This document shows, one piece after another, positions 25,598 to 38,679 of a stretch of 64,000 nt of DNA. The stretch is from Squalus acanthias (Eukaryota), in the NCBI GenBank assembly GCA_030390025.1, contig CM059434.1:43834001-43898000 (forward strand), in the 5' to 3' direction. The position numbers and the translations under genes were made by a program. Within the stretch, counting starts at the first letter, position 1. Each line of letters opens with the position of its first letter. Below the pieces are notes generated by a model. That model had not been told where the DNA came from and searched no databases. It worked only from the letters and a program-made list of their open reading frames with translations.

Positions 25598-26820
25598 ACG
25601 GCCATCAACTAGTGGAAACAGCCTTTCCCCGTCTAGCCTATCCAAACCTGTCATAATCTTGTACACCTCTATCAAATCACCCCTCAACCTCCTTTGTTCT
25701 AGTGAAAACAAATCCAGCTTCTCCAACCTGTCCTTGTAGCTAAGAACCCCATCCCCGGAACCATTCTGGTAAATCTCCTCTGCACCCTCTCAAGGACCTT
25801 CACATCCTTCCTAAAGTGTGGTGACCAGAACTAGATGCAATACTCCAGTTGTAGCCTAACCAGCGCTTTATAAAGGTTCAGCATAACTTCTCTACTTTTG
25901 TACTCAATACCTCTATTTATGAAACCCAAGATCCCATATGCTTTGTTAACCACTCTCTCAATATGTCCTGCCACCTTCAGGGACCTATGCACATTAACTC
26001 CCAGGTCCCTCTGTCCCTGCACACTCTTAAAAACTGTGCCATTAAGTGTATATTGCCTCTCCCTGTTCCTTCTGCCAAAATGCATCACCTCGCACTTATC
26101 TGTATTAAATTCCATCTGCCACTTGTCTGCCCATTCTGCTAGCCTTTCTATGTCCTGTTGCAGTCGATTGGTATCATCATGACTGTTTGCTGCACCCCCA
26201 AGTTTGGTGTCATCGGCAAATATAGAAATTCTACTCTGTATTCCAATATCCAGGTCATTTATATATATCAAAACAAGCAGTGGCCCCAGCACTGACCCTT
26301 GGGGAACACCACTGTCTACCATCCTCCAGTCTGAAAAACAGCCATTTACCACAACTTGCTGTTTTCTGTCCTTAAGCCAATTCCTTATCCAAGCTACCAC
26401 TGACCCACCTATTCCATGAGTCTCAATTTTATTAACCAGCCTTCTATGTGGTACTTTGTCAAACACCTTCCGAAAATCCATGCATACAACATCCATTGCA
26501 TTTCCTTCATCAATCCTCTCTGTTACTTCATCAAAAAATTCAATTAGATTAGTCAAATGCATCACCTAATGCATTCCCAGAAGCAAATAAATTTAAAAAA
26601 AAAACACGATCTGCCTTTCACAAATCCGTGTTGGCTCTCCTTAATTAGTTTAAACCTCTCCAAGTGCCCGTTAATTTTTTCCTTGATTATTGTTTCTAAA
26701 ACTTTACCCACCACTGATGTTAAACTGACCGGCCTGTAGTTACTAGCATTGTCCTTACACCCTTTCTTGAACAATGGGGTCACATTTGCCACTTTCCAAT
26801 CCTCAGGCACCTCCCCCGTC
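25598..26820 (-). mobile_element. CR1 LINE RT/3' fragment
   Basis: GVPQGSVLGP, FADDTKLGG, WQMEFN, LEYCI and FSLEQRRLRGDLIEVYK motifs. Confidence 0.95.
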
Positions 26821-27619
26821 ACTTGTCAGTAATGTAATGATGACATTTGATGCAATTTACCTCATTGCTGTGTGTTTGTCAACAAACAGAGAACAACACA
26901 CTTTTACCAATATAGTGTGCCCGTACAGAAATGTGCTGAGACGGAATCTGCTAATAAATATCCTGCTTCACTGTATTTTGTTACTGTGTTCAGAGCACAC
27001 TGATATCCATAGCGACTCAGGCTCACGGTAGGCCCTGAATGAACTCAAAGCTCAGACTGGAACATATTTTCTTCATGCCAGCCAGTCTTTTGTGTTTCTT
27101 AGCAGAAGTGAAACTGTTCTAATTATAGATTGAATTCATCTACACAAAAGGGTGTGGTTAAGAACAAAATTCAGAAAGCTCACTTGCTCTGCTGGTTAAT
27201 ATTACCTGGACCATGGGGCCTGTGAACAATGAAAATTCTTAGCCCAGCATGGAAGCTGTTGATGCCCATTATTGAGTTCTATTGACTGGCTCCAGGTATC
27301 ACTCGAGTTATACAGATGTTCAGTTCGACATTAGTGCATTGACTTCTAAGTCCACACAGAGACAATCCTTGTTGCTGGGAGATATATGAAATAAAGGAGA
27401 GGCTTTCTCTGGTGTCACCAGTCCACATGTTTACATTGGTATGATATTTTATTTTTTGATACCAATTCATTAGTACCGTACGCACAGCCAGAAGAATAAT
27501 TTTAAAACAACTATCATATCAAAATGGGAGATGGGAGACAGTCGGAAAGATCTAGTTCACTCTGAAGTAAACCCGTATTAATCAATTTGGTTATCTTTTA
27601 ATCAGAGTGATGGCTAGAT

Positions 27620-28035
27620 GCATGGACTACGGTGTGAGCCTGAGCTGAACAGACCGGTATGGTCCATCTCAGATTTGATTCTTGGTCTGTTGTGAATTAG
27701 CTGATTTCAGTTGAGACAGATAGTAGGGCCGATATAATTGGCTTCAGCACTCCTGGGTGGAAGGGGGAGGAGGAGGAGGAGGAGGAAGAATCAGCCCGGG
27801 TTGCCATTCCTGATTTCTAGTCAGTGACCTCTGTTGGAAAGTGCGCGTGAGTGAGGACAGGATCAGACTTGGCGAGTACTCTGTCCGCAATCAAATAACC
27901 TGTCAACACTCACTGTCTAGGCTCACACATGAAGAATGACCATTTGGACAAGGTACTAGAAAGCATCTGATGCGTGGGGTACCCTAATGCAGCAGTCTGC
28001 ACTTTTATGATTAAGGGAGGAGGGGAGAAAATTGG
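27620..28035 (+). mobile_element. Old SINE family A, near full length
   Basis: gagctgaacagacc...ttagctgatttcag...aatcagcccggg...ctaggctcacacatgaagaatgacc. Confidence 0.7.
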
Positions 28036-29029
28036 CAAAAGGTCAAGAAAGAAACTGTCCAGAATGTAAATATTAAAGCATTTTAGTCCATATTTTCCAA
28101 TCAAAAGTTAAATGTGGTTAGAGCTAAACTTAATGCTTTTATTTTGCAAACATGTATATATTTCAACTTTTTCTGAAACAATCCTTAAATATTAGGTGGT
28201 ACAGAAGATGAATAGGTTAATGCTGTTACATTTACAGTGGACAGTTGTGGCTGAATGAATCCCAACTATTAAAACTAAACACAAGTGTAAGTTCTTAGCA
28301 TTAAAGGCATCACCCCTATGATTTATTGGTTCGAGTCAAAAAGAATTACAGTCCATAATTCAGGTCTACATCTGTACCTAATTCAAACAAAGCTATACTA
28401 CTAAATTTAAATTCATAGTTTTATAAATACAAATGACAGGACCTTATAAATACGAGGAACTGCCTGAGAGACATAATTTAACTTTAAATGGCTTAAACTC
28501 TTGAATTGTTAGACATTAAGGCTTATTTTTCTAATAATAGGGATTTATGCTTTGGATAAAATGTCTCCAAAAGCAGCTGGTTGCTGCCATGGTGACCTGC
28601 CTCTTGGTTCCTATAAACGATTTTATTTCTTCCCATATAAGAAGCTATTGACATAAACATCAACACAGATGCTCCATGAGAAGGAGCCTGGGTTTCGCAA
28701 GCACTTGATCATCCAGGAATGCGCCAACTGCTTAAGATAATCCGGTGCCAGCTCAGTTTGTGCACCGCACTCCCCTCGGGGAGTGGCCACATTCAGGCCT
28801 GCTCCTCATTTTTCACTTTTCACTCCCGACACCTAAGACTTTGAACTGCAGGAAAAGAAATGCATTGTGTGCCAAGCAATGCATGGCTAGGATGGCCTTT
28901 CTCAAACATAACAAAGACCAGAAACAATGAACCCTCTGACCTCCGAGGCTATTCCAGGTGAATAAAACTGTACAAAAGCACAGTGAGGTATTTGGAGACA
29001 GTTTTCATTTGGATCCCCTGTCAATTACC

Positions 29030-29360
29030 ACTTTTTTTCCTCCAATCTTCTCTCCAGAGGACACTGACCCAAGCTGGGATGCTGTTTCAAGAGTCGTGGC
29101 AATTCTCCATTACCTCACCCTGGGGGGGAGGTCATTATTCATATATGACCCCAGGCAATTCAGTTGTGGGGGGTGATCACAGCCAAGCCCAATGCTACCC
29201 TCACCCAATGTTCACATATGCCACTTTCCACTCGGGGCTTGTTGTTCCCTCCCCAGCCAAGGGCGCTGCTCTTGTCATTCCAGCTCAGATTAGCTAACTC
29301 AGCACAAACTGCGAATAGAACCTGGGAATAATTGCTGGACTGTATGGCTCAGCTCCACAC
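29030..29360 (-). mobile_element. Old SINE family A whose head is split by the adjacent CR1
   Basis: Body and gtatggctcagctccacac end at 29360; the missing head piece gtgcctttaccaactgag resumes at about 31288-31307. Confidence 0.6.
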
Positions 29361-31285
29361 ACCAGCAAAGGATGACTAAAAAAATAATAAAGAGAGAGAT
29401 GAATTATGAGAGTAAACTGGCAAGAAATATTAAAACAGATAGTAAGAGCTTCTACAGGTATATAAAAAGGAAGAGAGTAGCTAAAGTAAACGTTGGTCCC
29501 TTAGAGGTTGAGACTGGGGAATTAATAATGGGGAACGGGGAAATGGCTGAGACTCTGAACAAATATTTTGTATCTGTCTTCACGGTAGAAGACACTAACA
29601 ACATCCCAATAATGGATAATCAAGGGGCCACAGGGAGGGGGGAACTAAAGACAATCACTATCACTTAGGAAGTAGTACTTGGTAAAATAATTGGACTAAA
29701 AGACGACAAGTCCCCTGGACCAGATGGCCTGCATCCCAGGATCTTAAAAGAAGTGGCTGCAGAGATAGTGGATGCATTGGTTGCAATATACCAAAATTCC
29801 CTGGACTCTGGAGAGGTCCCAGCGGATTGGAAAACTGCAAATGTAACACCCCTATTTAAGAAAGGAGGGAGACAGAAAGCAGGAAACTATAGACCAGTTA
29901 GCCTAACATCTGTCGTTGGGAAAATGCTGGAGTCCATCATTAAGGAAGCAGTAGCAGGGTATTTGGAAAATCATAATGCAGTCAAGCAGTGTCAGCATAG
30001 TTTTATGAAAGGGAAATCATGTTTAACAAATTTGCTGGAGTTCTTTGAAGATGTAACGAGCAGGGTGGACAAAGGTGAGCCAGTGGATGTGGTGTATTTG
30101 GATTTCCAGAAGGCATTCGATAAGGTGCCACATAAAAGGTTACTGCATAAGATAAGAGCTCACAGAATTGGGGGTAATAGATTAGCATGGATAGAGAATT
30201 GGCTAACTAACAGAAAGCAGAGAGTCGGGATAAATGGGTCATTTTCTGGTTGGCAAATGGTAACTAGTGGGGTGACACAGGGATCGGTGCTGGGGCCTCA
30301 ACTATTTACAATCTACATTAATGACTTGGATGAAGGGACCGAGTGTAATGTAGCCAAGTTTGCGGATGATACAAAGATGGGTGGGAAAGCAAGTTGTGCA
30401 GAGGACTCAAAGAATCTGCAAAGGGATATAGACAGGCTAAGTGAGTGGGCAAACATTTGGCAGATGGAGTATAATGTGGGAAAGTGCGAGGTTATCCACT
30501 TTGGCAGGAAAAATAAAAAAGCAAATTATTATTTAAATGGAGATTACAAAATGCTACAGTTCAGAGGGACCTGGGGGTCCTTGTGCATGAAACACAAAAA
30601 GTTAGCATGCAGGTACAGCAAGTAATCAAAAAGGCAAATGGAATGTTGGCCTTTATTTCAAAGGGGTTGGAGTATAAAAGCAGGGAAGTCCTGCTACAAC
30701 TGTACAGAGTATTGGTGAGACCACACCTTGAGTACTGCGTACAGTTTTGGTCTCCTTATTTAAGGAAGGATATACTTGCATTGGAGGCAGTTCAGAGACG
30801 ATTCACTAGGTTAATTCCAGAGATGAGGGGGTTGATTTATGAAGAAAGGTTGGGCATGCTGGGCCTATACTCATTGAAATTTAGAAGAATGAGAGATGAT
30901 CTTATTGAAACATATAAGATACTGAGGGGGCTTGACAAGGTAGATACAGAGCGGATTTTTCCACTCGTGGGGAAATCTAGAACTCGGGGGCACAGTTTCA
31001 GAATAAAGGGTCGCCCTTTTAGAACTGAGATGAGGAGGAATTTCTTCTTTCAGAGGGTCGTAAATCTGTGGAATTCTCTGCCCCAGAGAGCTGTGGACGC
31101 TGGGTCATTAAATACATTTAAGGTGGAGATAGACAGAATTTTGCAAGATAAGGGAGTGAAGGCTTATGGGGAGCGGGCGGGGAAGTGTCTTTGAGCCCAA
31201 GATCAGCCATGATCTTATTGAATGGCGGAGCAGGCTCGAGGGGCCAAGTGGCCTATTCCTGCTCCTATTCCTTATGTTCTTATGT
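29361..31285 (+). mobile_element. 5'-truncated CR1 LINE with intact 3' tail
   Basis: ORFs 29372-29668, 29753-30625 and 30583-31194 are consecutive CR1 ORF2 pieces (LDFQKAFDKVPH, QGSVLGP, FADDTK); ends ctcctattccttatgttcttatgt. Confidence 0.96.
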
Positions 31286-31873
31286 AATTGTGCCTTTACC
31301 AACTGAGGAACCTCATAGTTTCGGAGTGTAGGGAATTGGCAGTGGAGTGACACTTCTGTTCAAGTCACATTATGTTTAACTTCAAATTCAGACCTGGTAC
31401 AGAAGCTCAGCTCTGCAGCTGCTGATTTCATGCCAAAAGGAATCTTAGACCTGAAGTCAATTGGACACCACCTTTGCCTTGCTAGCAAATTTTAAAGGGC
31501 AGCTATGCAAATCAGCCCTTTGGCATCTGCCATGTTGGGAGTTCTGTTGTCAGGTGGCATGGTATTAGATTTAGCTGATCTTCCGTACTCACTTTTGCAT
31601 TGTTTAGTTAGCACTTACAAGTCTAAAACCAGTTTTTTCAACTGATCATTCATCTTTTGGGTTGTATAATAATTACTAGATAGGTTTTCAAGCCTTTGTC
31701 CTGGTTAAATTATGTTTGCATCCATTGTTTCCTTAAGTATTTGTGTTCAGTATAATTTTAAGCAAAAGGCACCAGCACAAATTGCCTTTTATAATAGTCT
31801 GAGTCATTCCACAGTGAGGAATAGGTTAAGTGAGGAATCTTCGATGACAGTGAATCTAACTCAAGAGGTATCG

Positions 31874-32505
31874 GGCCCAGGAAATTCACAGGGGTTTAGG
31901 ATCGCATCTGCTGCTGACCGCAAAGTTTGTGGAGTTAGGGGATGGGTTCTCCAAGAGTGGGCTTTCGGTGGTGTGGGGGCGTATCTGCAGCTGGCTTGGG
32001 GAGAGTTGGGGGGTTGGGTCCCTCCAACAGAAAGCTGCAGATTGTGTCCCCAGCAGCTTCATTGTGTCTAGGGGGTCGCTTTGAAATTAAAAAAAAAATC
32101 TCCCCCCCCCCCACCCCTCTGATCTTCACTGATGGGGGCCCACTTCTCGGTATGCCTCATCTCACTCAGCATATCCACCTCCAAAGTTACGCTTGATCCT
32201 TTTGAGGTCAAGAAAACACAATCTCATAGCGTAGGGAGGCCCTGCCTTCAGCCCCCCACCCCTCCCCCCTCGATATAAGTGGTCTTGTTTGGGGGCGGCC
32301 CCAAACAAGGTCACAGGAAACTCCATCGGTAGTCCGTGAGCTGCCATATCCTGTCCTGGCAGAGTCTGTGCCCATTCTGCTGGACTCCTGCTGCAGTTAT
32401 GGTAGGAGTTCGCCTGAACAGCTGAACAATTTACACCCCGCCCGATTTTCTTTTTCCTTGAAGTCAATGGCTTTTCGCCGAATGATAAAAATTAAAATTA
32501 CCCCC
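31874..32505. mobile_element. Decayed MITE-like sequence(s)
   Basis: Begins gggcccaggaaattc and ends ttaaaattacccc, both TIR-like; GC-rich interior. Confidence 0.45.
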
Positions 32506-32931
32506 TATATCTCATATAGCAAACATACAAGATTAATTTTCTGATCATAGAGAGCACAGGCTCACCTACAGAAGCTGCAATTCCTATTCAAGAATGGGTA
32601 ATATTCTTTGGGGCCAAGCCTAAATTGTAACTCTCTGTTATCTCAATTAAGCGGCTAATTTTCACGTGTGATCCTAAACAGTCAGAACTAGGAGGCTGAT
32701 TGACAATAGATGGTAAATTCTGTCCTCATCCACTGTCCACACATGAGTAGTTACCAGCAGTGGTCACTGGACAGCTATCGGGAGCATGATCTCTATATAC
32801 CAACAGTAACTATGCTTCAATAAGTAATTCATTGGTTGTGAAGCATTTTAGGGCATTCTGAGGATGTGAAAGCTGTTATATAAATGCTGGTCCTTTCTTC
32901 CTAGCAGATTTTTTTCCCTTGCAAATCCATG

Positions 32932-33104
32932 GACATAAGAACATAAGAAATAAGAGCAGGAGTAGGCCATTCGCCCCCTCAAGCCTGCTCCCCCATTCAA
33001 TAAGATCATGGCTGATCTTCTACCTCAACTCCACTTTCCTGCACTAGCCCCATATCCCTTGATTCCCTTAATATCCAAAAATCTATCGATTGCTGTCTTG
33101 AATA
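32932..33104 (-). mobile_element. CR1 3' tail inserted in a reverse-oriented SINE family A copy (about 32680-33250)
   Basis: acataagaacataagaaataagagcaggagtaggccattcg... is the reverse complement of the CR1 tail seen at 31200-31285. Confidence 0.85.
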
Positions 33105-33789
33105 TTGGAGGACATGGAGGCCAACCATAGTCCAACTATCGGCACCTAGCTGATTTCAGCTAACTCAGAACAGCCTAGGGATCAAACCTAGGACCTTAAT
33201 GCTCTGAGTGACTGAGTTCCATGGTAAGCAGTGTATTTACTATCTGAGCTTTGAAGGAGCTATTGGTCTTTGTGTTTTTTGTTGCTCTTGTCATCTTGAA
33301 AGGGTTAAACTTCAGCTTTATGAGCTGAACTATATTCAAACACTGGGAATGCACTGGAGAATGAAGACAAGAATGTCTTTCAAATAACTTGAAAACTGCA
33401 AATGAGTGGAATGAAAACAATAGCTCATCCCTTGTCAGTATTTACATTTTCCCAAGGTCTTCATGGCATACCATGCAGTCCCTCAAAGAGCCTGGCTCAG
33501 AGCTGGTAAGCCCAAGGAAAAGGCTGCTTTTGGAATGTATTCAAGACTTTACAATATCCCACCAGACTGTCACTGGCAGCACAGAAGAAAAGGAAGAAAC
33601 AAATGGTTTTGTTGCTACATTATACCCAGGACTCAATCATCATTAGCCGGTATTTAAAGAGGATCGAGAGAGCAGACTGTTACAGATAATTATTTACAAT
33701 GATCCATTTTAATCCATCATTGCCACGTACACGACATGATACACCAGAAATAAACAGCAACTCATCTGACTCATTAAGACTTTATCAAG

Positions 33790-34190
33790 AGCTCCCCTGT
33801 TGGCTCAGTGTGTTTCAGCAATGCCGAGCCAAGACATACAGACCAGTAGGATCCCAGGTTCAATTGCAGGGGGCGAGGGGGGGCAGTGGAGGGGGTACTA
33901 CAGTTGGCTTTGTTGTCCCTATGTTGGGGAGGTGGGGTGGGGGGAATAGATTAGCCAGAATTTCTGCTCCTGAATACTATCCTGCGACTCCTGCTGGAAA
34001 GTGCACATATATGGATCCCAGGTGAGGGTAAGACTGGACACACAGTGATGTCCACACAGTTGAACAGAATGCCAATAGCTCACTCTCAAAAACTCATACG
34101 TGAATAATGCTCAAGGTGGTGGAAGGCAACTGACTCATGTGGAACCTTACTTCACCAAGGAGTTAACCCTTTCAGATGACAGGGAAACGG
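33790..34190 (+). mobile_element. Old SINE family A, near full length
   Basis: ggctcagtg A-box-like start, catacagaccag..cccaggttcaat, cctgctggaaagtg and the family 3' block. Confidence 0.65.
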
Positions 34191-35999
34191 GATAAAACCT
34201 GTTGGGAGAAAATTAGCTAGATTTTTTTTTAAAAGACTTTATGCAGAAACATCAGCAACTATCCCGTGTACTTTAATTAAAATAGACTTGCCTGTCACAG
34301 AGTCTGAAGCTATAACATAATACTTTTTTTTGTAACCTACTGGCAAAGCTGTGTGTAAAACATTTATACATTCGGAAAATTAATAACATTTGGATTTAGG
34401 ACAAGAATCTCTGAGCTGTCAGTTATTAGTGAGGACATTGCTCTGTTTAGAGTGAACACTTGGCTGTGGACATCACACTGTGATTTGTAATTTATGACAA
34501 ACCTGAAATTAACCTTTTGGCTACTAGAGTCTTTAAAGATTTAATTTGTATTAATCAAATATCCATGACATTTGTACATTCTTCAAGGTGGGGAACAAAA
34601 CTCTAGCGAGGAAGCCATTCTCTTCTGTTTTTCAGTGCTCTGATCAGAGTACTCTTACTTGCATCTTTTTTCCTCGTATGAATTATTGTCAATTGATGTA
34701 ATTGGGGCCTTGCAACCCCATGTAAAACTTTCCTCGTTATACTGCAAACTTGCATCATTTCACAGAAAGTGTTATTTTTGCTATATTAGTGCATCACTTG
34801 AGTCCCACAAACTCTTTATCATTAGTGTTATTGCAAATTAGGCGGAAATACTCGCTAAGCTTTTTACTGTGGTTTATTTATTTTACTAACAAGCAGAATG
34901 GAGGTACACAGTATAAAGGCCAAGAGTTTCCGCTTTGGGTGCAATCAGCGCGCTGAAAATTGCGCTATCTTTCAGAATTTTTTTTTTTGCTCAAGTTTCC
35001 GCTCAAACATATTTGCATATCGCCAAATGTAAAATCTTCTATGAACCAGTGCAATTGGTCAAGGTGACACATCTGAGAATGAGAGAGTGGAACCAAGTCA
35101 ATCCGCCGCAGCAAGTTCAGTAATCTGATGCCTGAGCTGGCCAGGACCACAGTATTGCACAGCACAGCTGATGTTTAACCAGCCAGCCCAGCTTATTAAT
35201 GGGACCTGGAGGGTCAGGTCTGTCACTGGGCACTGGGATCCTTTCCTCGCAGTTCAGATAATCCTGCAAGCCAATGGCCTAGCTGGACAAGCAGCAGAAT
35301 CTGTGCTGGTAAGTTGCATGGTTTTAACTGGCTAAGCTTCAACATTAGCCCCTTAAAGTTCCCTAAGCCTTGACTCTTGCCAATCAGCAGCTAGGTTCTC
35401 TGGGCTTGGATAAGTGATATGCGTTCCTATAGGGAGAGAGCATGCATCCCATATCACACAAATAGAAACTATATTCACATGGATTTCTCGGCAGTTTGGT
35501 TTGGGGACTCTTAAACATGCATTTACATGGACCCCTGGTCAGACAAAATATACTGGGCATGAAATATACGCACTTTGCAATATAATTTTCATTTTAAGTA
35601 ATGTAACTAATAACAAGGGGTAAGCTTTACAGCAGGACTCTGATTCCTTGATTAGTTCAGTTTGCCATCACTACTGATCAGGAATAAATACAACGATAAA
35701 TCAGGTGCCTTAAATAAGTGACCTCAGAGATCTATGGGAAGATGAGCAAGCAGCAAATGTGGGTTCCCTCAATGGCTCAGCGAGTTAATGTTCAACAGGT
35801 AAAGCACTGAGCCCTACTAATCAGGAAAGAGTCCAATTCTATCCCTGATCTGCACAGATCACAAGCAGGCTGGTAGTGGGGGTGTGGCCCAATTGACCGC
35901 AGGCTAGAAAGAAATGTTCACCTCTACTTGCAGTCACGTGCCCCTTAGTGCCACACGACCGAGTGCAATGTCACCAACACTCATTGTCCAGCCTTTCAG

Positions 36000-36183
36000 G
36001 GGGTCATTTTAACCCAACCCACCAGATGGGAAACAGACAGATTTAGTTTGGTCGCCTGTTTTACCCCTCTATTTTGCTCTCCATTGACTCGGGGGGGGGG
36101 TGGTGTGGGAAGAGGAGTGTAAAGCAGACAGCTGATAAAAACCTGCCCATTTCCCGATGGCCAGGTTAGGTTAAAATTACCAC
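36000..36183. mobile_element. Short palindromic MITE inserted in a SINE family A copy (about 35770-36300)
   Basis: TIRs ggggtcattttaacc and ggttaaaattaccac; arms remain loosely complementary inward. Confidence 0.7.
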
Positions 36184-38679
36184 AATAAGTTTAACATTTG
36201 GGTGACGTTCTTAAGGGTTACCATCAGCTGTAAAACTGTATCCCAAAACAAGTTACCCACTTTTAGGATAGGAGGGGCAAGGGAAGAAAACTGACGGAAA
36301 AATTTGAGGAGAAATTTTAAAAAGCTAAGACCCATGCACAGTGATTAACAAGTTAGAAGAGTAATTTAAGGAATACTTCACCACTGGACTGCAGTTCTCC
36401 TTTAAATATATTGTTTGTGCTACCACAAAGCAGGTCATACTGTCCCAGATCAACAAATTATAAAACATAGTGTAAATATTTATAAAAGATGCCAGGACAC
36501 GTGATGTATGTCTTGCTATCATAATGGGGGAGGGGGAAAGAGGACTGTGTGAATCTCTCATTTTACTGACCTAGAACAGTATGTGATGCTTCATAGCCCC
36601 ACATAACAAACATATTTAAAGCAGCTCTGATCAAAATGTGCACTTAATGGGAGTTGTAGCATGAAAATAACAGCGTTCGAATGAATCCAGCAGTCAAGTG
36701 GTTAAGATATGCTTGAAAGGATGTAGTTTAAAGGAACACAATCTTTGTGGCATGGGAGGGAGTTTATTGAAACAGCCATTCATCATTTTCGTCCAGATTA
36801 CACTTTTGTGGTGCGATTATACGTTTTGACATGATTTGTATCTTTGAGTCGCAGTGTTTGGCAACACAGGAGAAAAGTTTGCCAAATGCTTTTTAATAGA
36901 GAAGGTGCCCCTTTAATCTGAACTCTTAACAAAATAACTTTCAAAATTCACAATATGTGTCTGATGTGTCATGATAGTTTTGAAGTTATTATTCTAATAT
37001 AATGTTCAAGTATAGAATGGTACACACCTACAGGACTATACCAGTGAGTTAGTCTTTACTACAATTCTTGTGTGAAATTTAACACATTTTGAATGTTATA
37101 GAAAATGGTGAAACATTAAACAAGAATTTAATAAGAATAATAAATCTAATTTGAAGACTGGGGTCAGGAGAGTAGATGAAACATTTAGAGTTACCTGGCT
37201 CTGGAGATAGGCTTTACCCCAAGAAGGGTGCTAGTTGAGATACCAATCTGAGTTAGGAGACTGAACAGTCTGGGAAGTAGGTTGAAGAAGATTGGAAGAG
37301 AAGCAGAATCACATCAGGAGGTTGAAGTAGCCATGGGAGAGAATTAAGAACATGTCAAATGGTCAAATTGGCCAATGAGGTCTTGACAGAACTACAAGTC
37401 AAGTGCCTGCAAGATGGTGGAAGAGAAGTCAACAGTAAGTGGTCCTTTGATAGTAAACTTAAAAAGAAGTATTTAGCTTCATTAAAAGCTTCTCTACTTA
37501 GTTAGATACTTTGATGTAATGCATTAGGAGATCGTACCAAGCTCATTAAAAGAAAGAAGCAGCTCAGATATGCTAACAAATCTCTTGGTTGGGGAAGCAA
37601 CAAACATTTTTTTAAACATTTTCACAAAAGAATAAATTTGTCTGCAAATTTAAATTGTTCTGTATTCCAAACAACTGGTACTTACCCAAACCTGAAAGAT
37701 AGGCAGGTAAGTTGAATCCCAAAGGAACCACTGTGAATTTTACAGCTTGTTAAAGCATTAGCACTAAGAGAACCTTTGCCAACACTGGCAACAAACTGAA
37801 GTGGGTGATCCCTCATAAAACAGTAAGGAACTGACTGGATGATTCACTGTAAATCCCTCATTTCCGAAGGAACTGTCGAACAGATGGAAAAATGGTTTGT
37901 CCATGAACCATTCCAGCTCTTTGTTTGTTTTAAATGTTAGTGTCATCATTAGCTCCACTGCACATGCTTGCCCAACACACAGTAAAATGCCGATGGACTC
38001 CTGCACAATAACATCATGCTGTAGTCACTCTGAGGTTTAAGTCACTCTGAGGTTTTAGTTCCTTCAGTGGATTTCTGGTATTTCTGTACGTTTCTCAGAA
38101 TGGCCAACATTTCAAAGGAAAATAAAGCAACATGAACTCATGGCAAACGCCAAAGTTTAATCTGTTGTGCGTTAATTAAGGAAGGAAAGGCATCTTTCAA
38201 GCTCACTACTTTCAGACATGTTCCAATAATGTGTACCAAGGCAACTGATCATGTTCAGTGACTAGTGTTTTCACATGCCTTCTAGCTCAACCAGAGAGGT
38301 TAAACGCCTGCTATTTGAGATTTCTGTGGGACTTTAACTGTCCTCATGACTGTGCTATTCGTTGTGTTACTCAACATCAAGTGAATTGCAACCTGTCAGT
38401 CAATGCTATTTAAGTACTAAGTACACACTCTGAGATACACAGCTATAGCCACTGACACAACCCAGCACCTGCTGTAGCCACTGAAAATGTCTGAGCTCTC
38501 CTGATGGCCTTGTTGCTAACTAATATCAACTAGGTCCTAGGTTTGATCTCCCATCTGAGCTAATTAGCAGGTCCCAGTGGAGTGGTGGAAGGAGCACTAC
38601 AGTAAAGCCAGCCTGGGCCGCTGCCACTCCAGCACCCGCTGCCCGCCCCTCCCGCAGAAACCTACCTTCCTCCAGCTCA

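Noticed and set aside
37764-38006. 80-aa minus ORF as a SOX6 exon
   Set aside because: No SoxD similarity and it ends in a stop before the nearby donor.
38023-38055. Short tandem duplications here and at 56836-56871 as CRISPR-like arrays
   Set aside because: Only two units each in vertebrate DNA; ordinary slippage duplications.
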